Positions 54,240-64,000 of a DNA stretch of 64,000 nt are shown here, piece by piece (within the stretch, counting starts at the first letter, position 1; every line of letters begins with the position of its first letter). The stretch lies in assembly GCF_030028105.1 (NCBI RefSeq), contig NC_092394.1, positions 51,314,477-51,378,476 on the forward strand, given 5' to 3'. Made by a program: the position numbers and the translations under genes. Source of the DNA: Mobula birostris (lineage: Eukaryota). A model generated the notes under the pieces. The model saw only the letters and a list, made by a program, of their open reading frames with translations, ran no database searches and was not told where the DNA came from.

Positions 54240-54592
54240 AAGAGTTAGAATTTTCCATGGTGGGAGAGTCTAGGACAAGAGGACACAGCTTCGGGATGGG
54301 GGGGGCGGTCCATTAAAAACAGATGTGGAGAAATTTCTTCAGTCAGAGGATGGTGAATTTGTGGAATTTGTTGCCACAGGCAGCTGTGGAGGCCACATCG
54401 TTAGGTGTATTTAAGACAGAGATTGATGGGTTCTTGTTTGGACATGGCATCAAAGGTAATGGGGAGAAGGCCGGGAAAGGAGGTTGAGGACGAGGGAAAA
54501 AAAAGGATCAGCTATGATTGAATGGTGGAGCAGACTCGATGGGCCAGATGGCCTAAATCTGCTCGTATGTCTTATGGTCTTATGGTCTTAAT
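54240..54592 (+). mobile_element. CR1 3' end
   Basis: Contains the RNFFSQRMVNLWN equivalent and a (tatggtct)n tail. Confidence 0.85.
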
Positions 54593-55440
54593 GGGCTGAT
54601 AGGCCTTGTTCTATGTCATTTAACTGATTCTGTAGTATAAATACAAGCAGCTTGTTTTTATATTACAGCTACTGTCCATCTAGAGTCCAAAATGGTGGCA
54701 TGTTTATTCTCAATGCCTAAGGTTCTGACCATTTTGGAGATAGTGATCATAATTCTATCTCCTTTACAATAGCATTGGAGAGAGATAGGAACAGACAAGT
54801 TAGAAAAGCGTTTAATTGGAGTAAGGGCAATTATGAGGCTATCAGGCAGGAAATTGGAAGCTTAAATTGGGAACAGATGTTCTCAGGGAAAAGTACGGAA
54901 GAAATGTGGCAAATGTTCAGGGGATATTTGTGTGGAGTTCTGCATAGGTACGTTCCAATGAGACGGGGAAGTTATGGTAGGGTACAGGAACCGTGGTGTA
55001 CAAAGGCTGTAATAAATCTAGTCAAGAAGAAAAGAAAAGCTTACAAAAGGTTCAGAGAGCTAGGTAATGTTAGAGATCTAGAAGATTATAAGGCTAACAG
55101 GAAGGAGCTCAAAAAGGAAATTAGGAGAGCCAGAAGGGGCCATGAGAAGACCTTGGTGGGCAGGATTAAGGAAAACCCCAAGGCATTCTACAAGTATGTG
55201 GAGAGCAAGAGGATAAGAGGTGAAAGAATAGAACCTATCAAGTGTGACAGTGGGAAAGTGTGTATGGAACCGGAGGAAATAGCAGAGGTACTTAATGAAT
55301 ACTTTACTTCAGTATTCACTCTGGAAAAAGATCTTGGTGATTGTAGTGATGACTTGCAGTGGACTGAAAAGCTTGTGCATGTAGATATTAAGAAAGAGGA
55401 TGTGCTGGAGCTTTTGGAAAGCATCAATTTGGATAAGTCA

Positions 55441-56087
55441 AACAACAGGAATTCTGCAGATGCTGGAAATTCAAGCAACACACATCAAAGTTGCTGGTGA
55501 ACGCAGCAGGCCAGGCAGCATCTCTAGGAAGAGGTACAGTGGACGTTTCAGGCCGAGACCCTTCGTCAGGACTAACTGAAGGAAGAGCTAGTAAGAGATT
55601 TGAAAGTGGGAGGGGGAGGGGGAGATCCAAAATGATAAGAGAAGACAGGAGGGGGAGGGATGGAGCCAAGAGCTGGACAGGTGATTGGCAAAAGGGATAT
55701 GAGAGGATCATGGGACAGGAGGTCCGGGAAGAAAGACAGGGGGGGGGAACCCAGAGGATGGGCAAGGGGTATAGTCAGAGGGACAGAGGGAGAAAAAGTA
55801 GAGAGAGAAAAAGAATGTATGTATAAAAATAAATAACGGATGGGGTACGAGGGGGAGGTGGGGCATTAGCGGAAGTTAGAGAAGTCGATGTTCATGCCAT
55901 CAGGTTGGAGGCTACCCAGATGGAATATAAGGTGTTGTTCCTCCAACCTGAGTGTGGCTTCATCTTTACAGTAGAGGAGGCCGTGGATAGACATGTCAGA
56001 ATGGGAATAGGGTGTGGAATTAAAATGTGTGGCCACTGGGAGATCCTGCTTTCTCTGGTGGACAAATCGTAGGTGTTCAGCAAAGTG
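55441..56087 (-). mobile_element. Penelope 3' fragment inserted in CR1
   Basis: Reverse complement of the GIY-YIG C-terminus, pyrimidine tract and terminal motif. It interrupts CR1 after ggataagtca. Confidence 0.85.
55537..55574 (-). ncRNA. Minimal hammerhead-ribozyme-like motif (best-preserved core)
   Basis: Reverse complement reads agtc CTGACGA AGG gtctcgg CCT GAAAC GTC cactg. Confidence 0.65.
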
Positions 56088-56877
56088 ACGGGAGACGTTC
56101 CAGAGGATTGGAAGGTTGCAGATGTTGTTCCTTTATTCAAGAAAGGGAGTAGAGATAACCCAGGAAATTATAGACCAGTGAGTCTTACTTCAGTGGTTGG
56201 TAAGTTGGTGGAGAAGATCCTGAGAGGCAGGATTTATGAACATTTGGAGAGGTATAGTATGATTAGGAATAGTCAGCATGGCTTTCTCAAGGGTAGGTCA
56301 TGCCTTACAAGCCTGATTGCATTTTTTGAGGATGTGACTCAACACATTGATGAAGGAAGAGCAGTAAATGTAGTGCATATGGATTTTAGCAAGGCATTTG
56401 ATAAGGTACCCCATGCAAGGCTTATTGAGAAAGTAAGGAGGCATGGGATCCAAGGGGACATTGCTTTGTAGATCCAGAACTAGCTTGCCCACAGAAGGCA
56501 AAGAGTGGTTGTAGACGGGTCATTTTCTGCATGGAGGTTGGTGACCAGTGGTGTGCCTCAGGGATCTGTTCTGGGACCCTTATTCTTCGTGATTTTTATA
56601 AATGACCTGGATGAGGAAGTGGAGGGATGAGTTAGTAAGTTTTCTGATGACACAAAGGTTGGGGGTGTTGTGGATAGTGTGGAGGGCTGTCAGAGGTTAC
56701 AATGGGACAGTGATAGGATGCAAAACTGAGCTGAGAGGTGACAGATGGAGTTCAACCCAGATAAGTGTGAAGTGGTTCATTTTGGTAGGTCAAATATGAT
56801 GGCAAAATATAATATTAATGGTAAGATTCTTGGTGGTGTGGAGAATCAGAGGGATCTTGGGGTCTGGGTCCATAGGA

Positions 56878-58068
56878 CAGGGATCCACAACATTTTTTGC
56901 ACTGCGGACCGGCCGACTGGGACTGCGGGGGGTGGGGGTAGGGTTGCCAACAGACAAGAGTAGCAGTCAAATACGTTGTTTACCCTGAGAAAGACTACAA
57001 TGACCATGAAGCCTTGTGCGGGCACCAGTGCGCATGCGTGAATGTGCTGATTTTTTTCTTCCACAAGTCACTTTTGGCGATTCTGTTCGGGGGGGGGGGG
57101 GGGATGTTAATCACGACCAGAATATAGGTGATAAGTGGCTAATACACTCAATTTCATTTCTAAAAGGGTTTATCTAATGAATTTAATATTAAACACACAG
57201 CGCATATTTTCCTCGCATGAATATACTGATAAGTCAATTATCAGGTGAGGACAGGGGAACTTGAAGTAAGTATTGAACGAACTTCCAGTAGAAGTGGCAG
57301 AAGCAGGTTCGATATTATTATTTAAAGAAAAAATGGATAGGTATATGGACAGGAAAGGAATGGAGGGTTGTGGGCTGAGTGCAGGTCAGTGGGACTGGGT
57401 GAGAGTAGCGTTTGGCACAGACTAGAAGGGTAGAGATGGCCTGTTTCTGTGCTGTAATTGTTATATGGTTATATAAGTCACTTATAAGTCAATAGCATCA
57501 TAAAATTTTAAGTATCTTTTGAATATTAAACACACAGCACATATTTTCCCTGTATGAACATATAAAATCATTGCAACACACCAATATCGCTGAATCAGTG
57601 GGAGCCCTGGGCTTGTTTCCCTGCAACAAGACGGTCCCATCGAGAGGTGATGGGAGACAGCGATAGTCAAAGGGGGTTCCTTATGTCCAGTCTATTCCGC
57701 AGTTTATTTGTCGTTGCATTCATTGCAGAGATATGTTGGAAATGGAAGCAACGTTTTCAGTGCTTCCGTGGCTATCTCAGGATATTTAGCCTTGACTTTG
57801 ATCCAAAATGCCAGCCAAGATGTTCTGTCAAACATAACTTTTCAGCCCGTCGTCATTTGCAAGCTTGAGGAGTTGATCTCTTTCCCGTGCTGACATGGAT
57901 GACGCGCGGATAATGACTTCGCGTGCGTTCAAGTTCAGCAGTGCATGACAAGGAATGAGGAAAGGTGCAGCTGACTCATATCGCCAAATCATATCGTTTC
58001 CTTGTGGCCTGGTAGCACATGCTTTGCGTCCCGGTACCGGTCCATGGCCCGGTGGTTGGGGACCGCTG
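56878..58068 (-). mobile_element. Internally deleted hAT (Charlie/Buster) DNA transposon
   Basis: Perfect 8-bp TSD ccatagga at 56870-56877 and 58069-58076. TIRs cagggatccacaac and gttggggaccgctg. Minus-strand transposase C-terminus FWIKVKAKYPEIA...LLPFPT...KLRNRLDI...LSPITSRWDRLVAGKQAQGSH*. Confidence 0.93.
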
Positions 58069-59264
58069 CCATAGGACATTCAAAGCAGCTGCGCAGATTG
58101 ACTCTGTGGTTAAGAAGGCATACGGTGTATTGACCTTCATTAATCATGAAATTGAATTTAGGAGCCGAGAGGTAATGCTGCAGCTATATAGCCCTGGTCA
58201 GACCCCACTTGTAGTACTGTGCTCAGTTCTTGTCACCTCACTACAGGAAGAATGTAGAAACCATAGAAAGGGTGCAGAGAAGATTTACAAGGATGTTGCC
58301 TGGATTGGGGTGCATGCCTTATGAAAACAGGTTGAGTGAACTCAGCCTTTTCTCCTTGGAGCGACGGAGGATGAGAGGTGACCTGATAGCGGTGTATAAG
58401 ATGATGAGAGGCATTGATAGTGTGGGGAGTCAGACACTTTTTCTCAGGGCTGAAATGGCTGCCACAAGAGGACACAGTTTTAAGGTGCTGGGGAGTAGGT
58501 ACAGAGGAGATGTCAGGGGTAAGTTTTTTACACAGAGAGTCATGAGTGCGTGGAATGGGCCATCGGCAACGGTGGTGGAGGCGGATACAATAGGGTCTTT
58601 TAAGAGACTTTTGGATAGGTACATGGAGCTTAGAAAAATAGAGGGCTATGGGTAAGCCTAGTCATTTCTAAGGTAGGGACATGTTCAGCACAACTTTGTG
58701 GGCCGAAGGGCCTGTATTGTGCTGTAGGCCTTCTATGTTTCTATCTTGAATTCTTGCCACACCAGATGTGTGTTGGAAAGCACTTAAGGGATAAGAATGG
58801 GGCCTTTAGGATGAGATTTTGAAACTACTTATTGAAATCAACATTGGAAAGAAAATTCAAAGATATAAGTGAGGCAGTGTGGCATTTAAAATAGAACTAT
58901 GCTCAGGACATGTGGAGACAGAACCTATGTAATTAACATCAAAATTTGTACAGTCACAGCTTGCCTGATCCGAAGAAGAAAAGCACATTCAAGGAAGGTA
59001 CACATAGTTGGGTTGGGGGAGGGAGCAAGGGACTATTACAAAGTTCTTCAACAATGTATATTTAGTTCACCATCAGATCACTTGTGTTTTCTCTTCAAAG
59101 AATTTGAAAGTCCTCCTAAAAATCAGGAAGTCATTGGGAGAACAGGTTAAAACACAAAGAGAAGAATGTCTGTAACTTTCCTCCTCATCTTTTTAGACCA
59201 TCCCTTGATGTGGACGATGATTTGCATTCACTCCAGTTCTATTTGTTCTGAGGTGGCTGATGAA

Positions 59265-60450
59265 GTCAACGTTGATAGAGGGGAACCTGTAGCTGAAGAG
59301 TATTTAGCTTTCCAAAAGACATTTGTCAAGGTGCCACAAATGAGGTTATTTCATGTATTACAAATCCAAAGTTTTAGAGGAAGTGTATTTGCATGGATTG
59401 AAAACTGACTGTTGCACAGAAAATAGAATTGGAAGAAATGGGCGGGCCCTTTTCAAGCTGGAGGGATGTAACTGGTGGAGTGCCCCAGAGAAAAGTTATT
59501 AATCTTTAATTACATTAATGACTTGGAGGAAGAAACAAAATATAAAGTTTCCATACTTGCCAATGATACAAAAGTAGGCCGAACGACACATTGCGATGAG
59601 GACACAGTAATTCTGCAACAGGATATACAGAGCAATTGAGGAAAACTATCTGACAAATGGAATTTAATGTGACAAAGTGTGACGTCATGCTCTTCGCTAA
59701 AAAGGATCATCGAAACAGAGAGAGGCTGCAAATGAGTGGAATTCCGAGGGATCAAGTATTCTAGTGGATGAGTCATTGAAAGTCAGCAGGCAGGTCTAAC
59801 AAGTGGTTAAGAAGGCAAATAGCATGTTGGCCTTTATGGCAAAGGGATTGGAGCTTAAGAACAGGGAGCTTTTATTACGGTTGTATAGGGTTTAGGTAAG
59901 GCCACACCTGCAAAACTGCGCATAGTTTTGGTTCTCAAAAAGATATAGTGACATTGGAGGCCATCTAAAGGAGATTGCCAGGATAATTCCTGGTTTGAAT
60001 TCCTGGGATTGTCTATCAAGAGAAGCTGGACAATTTGGATCTGGATTTCTTGGAAGTTTAGAAGAATGAAGGGTGATCTTATTCAAACATATAAGATCGT
60101 AAAGAGGTTTGACCAGGTAGATGTTGGGGTGAGTTAACTAGTAGGAGAGCACAAGCAAGAGGACATAGTTACAATATAAGGGGACAGTCATTTAAAACTG
60201 AGGTACATAGAAATTTCTTCTCTTGGAGGATGGCACATCTCTGGAATTTATGCCCCAAGAGTGGTAGATCATTAGATATCTTTAAAGTGGAGATAAATTA
60301 AAATTGGAAAGATGGAAGAATTGAGGATTATGGGGAACTGGCTACAAAAGAGGAGTTGATGCAAGTGCAGATCAGCCAGGATTGTACTGAGTAGTGGGGC
60401 AGGTTTGAGAGGCTGTGTGGTGTACTTCTGGTTCCTGTTTTCGTGTGTTC
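59265..60450 (+). mobile_element. Old CR1 RT and 3' fragment
   Basis: YLAFQKTFVKVPQMRL and a GVPQ equivalent; heavily decayed. Confidence 0.8.
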
Positions 60451-60539
60451 CTGTCTGTTCATATGTTGAAAGGAGAGGAGGTGCCTGACAGAAAGGGTGG
60501 TTTGTGATCTGGTCAACTACTCCGGCCACTTCTGCAGGA

Positions 60540-61050
60540 CCATAAGACCATAATGCCCTGAGATAGAGGAGCAGGATTAGGCCATTTGGCCCATCGAGTC
60601 TGCTTCCCATTTCATCATGGCTGATCCATTTCTCTCTCAGCCCCAATCTCCTGCTTCTCCCCATATTCCTTCATGCCCTGACTAATCAAGAACCTATTAA
60701 TCTCTGCCTTAAATATACCCAATACTTGGCCTCCAAAGCCACCTGCGGCAACAAATTCCACATATTCACTACTCTCTGCTAAAGAAATTCCTCCTCATCT
60801 CCATTCTAAATGCACATCCCTCTATTCTGAGGCTGTGTCTTCTAGTCTTAGACTCCCCCATCATCCTCTCCACATCCACTCCATTAAGGCCTTTCAACAT
60901 TCGGTGGGTTTTAATGAGATCCCCCTCATTCTTCAGAATTCCAATGAGTACAGGCCCAGAGCCATCGAACGTTCCTCTTATCCCAGAATCATTTTGGTGA
61001 ACTCCTTTCAATCCTTTCCAGTGTCAGCACATCTTTTCTGAGATAAGAAC
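60540..61050 (-). mobile_element. CR1 3' fragment
   Basis: Minus-strand GDLIKTHRMLKGL...MRRNFFS, with the tail cataagaccataa. Confidence 0.85.
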
Positions 61051-61324
61051 TTCTGAGGTCTCAAAACTATCCTTCTTTGCTTTGAGTAGCCATGGATCAG
61101 GTATTTGTAGGAGTCCATCGCGATGTTAAGTTGCCTCCTGGAAGCTTTGAGCTCATCTTTCAATCCTTTCCACTGCCATTCTGCTAATCACCTCTCGAGA
61201 CAAGAGCTGAGAATAATGTCTGTTTCAGGACACTAGTGTCACATATGCAAATAACATGCTCAGCCCAGTGGGTATAATCCGAATTTCAGTGCTGAGACAT
61301 TCGCCTTTGGGAGTTCACTGGGAC

Positions 61325-61720
61325 ACCAGACACTGTCGATGTTGGAATCTGCAGCAACGAATAAACTGCTGGAGAGACTCAGCAGGTCACAAGGCAAATG
61401 TGGAGGGAAATGGACCACTGACGTTCTGGGTCATGAAAGATAAAGGGGAGATAATCAGTACAAAGAAGTGAGGGGAAAGGTGGAACAAGAGCTGGCAAGT
61501 GATAGATGGATCCAGGTGAGGAGGAGTGAAAGGCAGATGAGTGAGACAAGAATGGAGATAGTGAGAGAGGGTGGGAGGTGATATGTGGAATTTGGATGCA
61601 ACGTAGAGTTGCAGATGATAAGAATCTGATAGAAAAGGAAGGAGAAATAAGGAAACAAACAAGGGAGGCTGGGAGGGCAGATGGGATCATGAGGGGATAT
61701 AGACCCTGTGTGGATAATGG
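61325..61720 (-). mobile_element. Old Penelope terminal fragment
   Basis: tgctggagagactcagcaggtca followed by a purine-rich tract. Confidence 0.6.
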
Positions 61721-62074
61721 GCAGGTGGAATGGTGGTTGTGGGGAAAGAATCCATGATGATGATTCTCCGATGCTGGTTTGCTTATCCTCAGCGAATCTG
61801 GAGTCTATTTTGGGGACAGTGTTTGTGGTACCTCTCCAGTTCCTTGATGTACCTGCTTCAGGTAGTCCAGGATTCAGAAGCAAACGAGGTGCTAGGGGTC
61901 AGCACTAACCCACAGACAGTTTTGTGCCAGGTCCGTAGTCTTGATTCTTTTCCATTGACCAAAGGTTGTGCTAATGTTTTGAAAGTCAAAGTCCATTTCA
62001 TTAGCTTTGTATCAAGGAACTGCTGGGTGTGGAGTTATGGTGATGTAACGTCAGTGGTGTTAGGTGTCTCAGGC

Positions 62075-62370
62075 TAATAGATGGCCTCATGGCTCATGTG
62101 GATGGTGCTGCAGCCCTGGGTTCAGTCCTGACCTCAGGTGCTCTTTATTTGGAGTCTGCACGTTCACTCTGTGACTACATGGGTTTCCCCCGCATGCTCT
62201 GATTCCCTCCCACATCCCAAATACATGCTGGCTGGTAGATTAATTGACCACTGTCAGTGTGCAGATGGTGGGGGAATCAGGGTGAAGTTAAGGGAATGTG
62301 AAAGAGAATCGGTTACAGAGGATTAAATGTGGGAATTCTGGGAGAGACTTGATGGGCTGAAGGGCCTGAT
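62075..62370 (+). mobile_element. V-SINE/HE1-like SINE
   Basis: gggttcagtcctgacctcaggtgc...cacatcccaaa. Another copy lies at ~62815-63020. Confidence 0.65.
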
Positions 62371-63039
62371 TGTAAGGAGGTATCAGAATAAAATACTGAA
62401 TGTGCTGTACCTATCAAATATAATCCATGTTGCATGAGGAGCATTATTACATATTGAGATACTTATTACTTAATATTATGTTAAATATTTAATGGAAATA
62501 AAGATTGTTATGTTTAACCTTGGCAACTTCTAATATAACTCTTCCAGTTGGCTTCATGCCCTTATGAGTGAATATATGACTAGGCGTGTTCAATGCAATC
62601 CGTTTCTTTTATAGCCAATGACTGGGATGCAAGCAGATTTGTTAAATGTCATGCCAGAGTCTGCATTTATATAGTGCCTTTCAAGTGGCATTGAGCATTC
62701 TTGCAGTCAGGGAGGTGTAATTGCAGGTACAATGTGGCCAGTTTACACCCTGCATGACCCTACAAGCGGTGATAGATAGTGGAAGTCTACTTTGCTCAGT
62801 TACTTGAAGGGAGAGCCATTGCAGCACAGTTCCAGTGAGCCAGGGTTGATTCTGTCTGTGTGCAATTTCACGTTTTCCCTGTGACGGCATGAATTTCTCT
62901 GTGTGCTCCCATTTCCTCCCACAGCCCAAAGAAGTGCCTGTTGATAGATTAATGGTCCTTAGTATGTAGGTTAGTGGTAGAATCTGGAACAGAGTTGTTG
63001 AGCATGCAGGAAAAATAAGAAATGAGATCAAATCTCATG

Positions 63040-63545
63040 CTGGTATGGAAGTTGTCCTGTCCAAGACCGGAAGAAGCTGCAGAAGATTGTGAACACGATG
63101 CAGCAGATCACACAAACTTATCTTCCGTCCTTGGACTCACTTTACACCGCACGCTGTCGGAGCAGTGCTGCCAGGATAATCAAGGACACAACCCACCCAG
63201 CCAACACACTTTTTGTCCCTTTTCCCTCCGGGAGAAGGATCAGGAGCTTGAAGACTCGTACGGCCAGATTTGGGAACAGCTTCTTTCCAGCTGTGATAAG
63301 ACTGCTGAACGGATCCTGACCCGGATCTGGGCCGTACCCTCCAAACAACCGGACCTGCATCTCAGTTTTTTTGCACTACCTTACTTTCCATTTTTCTATT
63401 TTCTATTTATGATTTATAATTTAAATTGTTAATATTTACTATCGATTTGTAATCCAGGGAGAGGGAAGCGCAGAATCAAATATCACTGTGATGATTGTAC
63501 ATTCTAGTATGAATTGTTTGGTGACAATAAAGTATAAAGTATAAT
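63040..63545 (+). mobile_element. Rex1-like 3' end
   Basis: IIKDTTHPAN...PSGRRIRSLKTRTARFGNSFFPAVIRLLN; tail aataaagtataaagtata. Confidence 0.85.
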
Positions 63546-64000
63546 TCAGGTTTATTGTAAAAGGGTAGTTAATGGTCAGCACAGACTCGATGGGCCAAAG
63601 GGTCTGTTTCTACACTGTATGACTCAATGGTTCTATGGATAAATGCTAGTCAGGATTTGTTTTTTCAATGTTGTGCCAGGTGAGGATAACTTGGATCATA
63701 ATGTAATGCTTCATTGAGTCCAGATAGAGGGTCTTGACCTGAAATGTCGACAGTTCACTTATCTCTGAGATGTTGCCTGGCCCTCTGAGTTCCTCCAGTG
63801 CTTTGTGTGTTGCTTTCTTTGCAAAAATGTTGCTTCTGGCCATTCATTGCTTTTCAGTTAAGGCAAGGGCTATCAGGTCCTTCTCAGGCTGAGAGCTGAA
63901 CCCCAAACCATCTTCCACAACAAACGAGATGGTAGTGATGCTTTCCTTGATCAAGTTCAAAACTGACCACTTTAGCAAAGCACTGAAACTTTCAGGGTCT

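Larger units (their letters stand above)
54725..58745 (+). mobile_element. Younger CR1 ORF2 and 3' end, interrupted by Penelope and hAT insertions
   Basis: [50 protein letters not shown] and RMRGDLIAVYK; tail ttctatgtttctat. Confidence 0.93.

Noticed and set aside
54775-55500. 241-aa ORF as a host gene
   Set aside because: It is a CR1 ORF2 segment running into a Penelope insertion.

Overview
This is repeat-dominated vertebrate genomic DNA. The repeat mix (CR1, Rex1/Babar, Penelope, V-SINE-like) suggests a cartilaginous fish, but that is an inference. I recognise one host-gene segment: coding exon 1 of SPNS2 (spinster-2, the S1P exporter) on the minus strand at 18949-19162, inside a CpG island. 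Its intron 1 runs off the left edge, and I found no exon 2. The rest is nested, decayed mobile DNA: a Gypsy gag-pol relic, many CR1 and Rex1-like LINE pieces including one near-full-length CR1, a near-full-length Penelope-like element plus many end fragments, a short RTE-like element, L1/Tx1-like 3' ends, hAT and Tc1-like DNA elements, tRNA-derived SINEs and two minisatellites. The most notable observations are: (1) dispersed minimal hammerhead-ribozyme motifs in the Penelope ends; (2) a hAT element closely resembling primate Charlie3/MER1, a horizontal-transfer candidate; (3) two non-L1 LINEs with twin-priming-type 5' inversions; (4) a 35-bp minisatellite carrying about 30 MiT/TFE M-box motifs; (5) a strongly base-paired 5' end in the RTE-like element; (6) an Asn-to-Tyr change in SPNS2 TM1. 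Repeat boundaries were read by eye and are approximate unless a target-site duplication (TSD) is given. Family assignments come from recalled motifs, not database searches.
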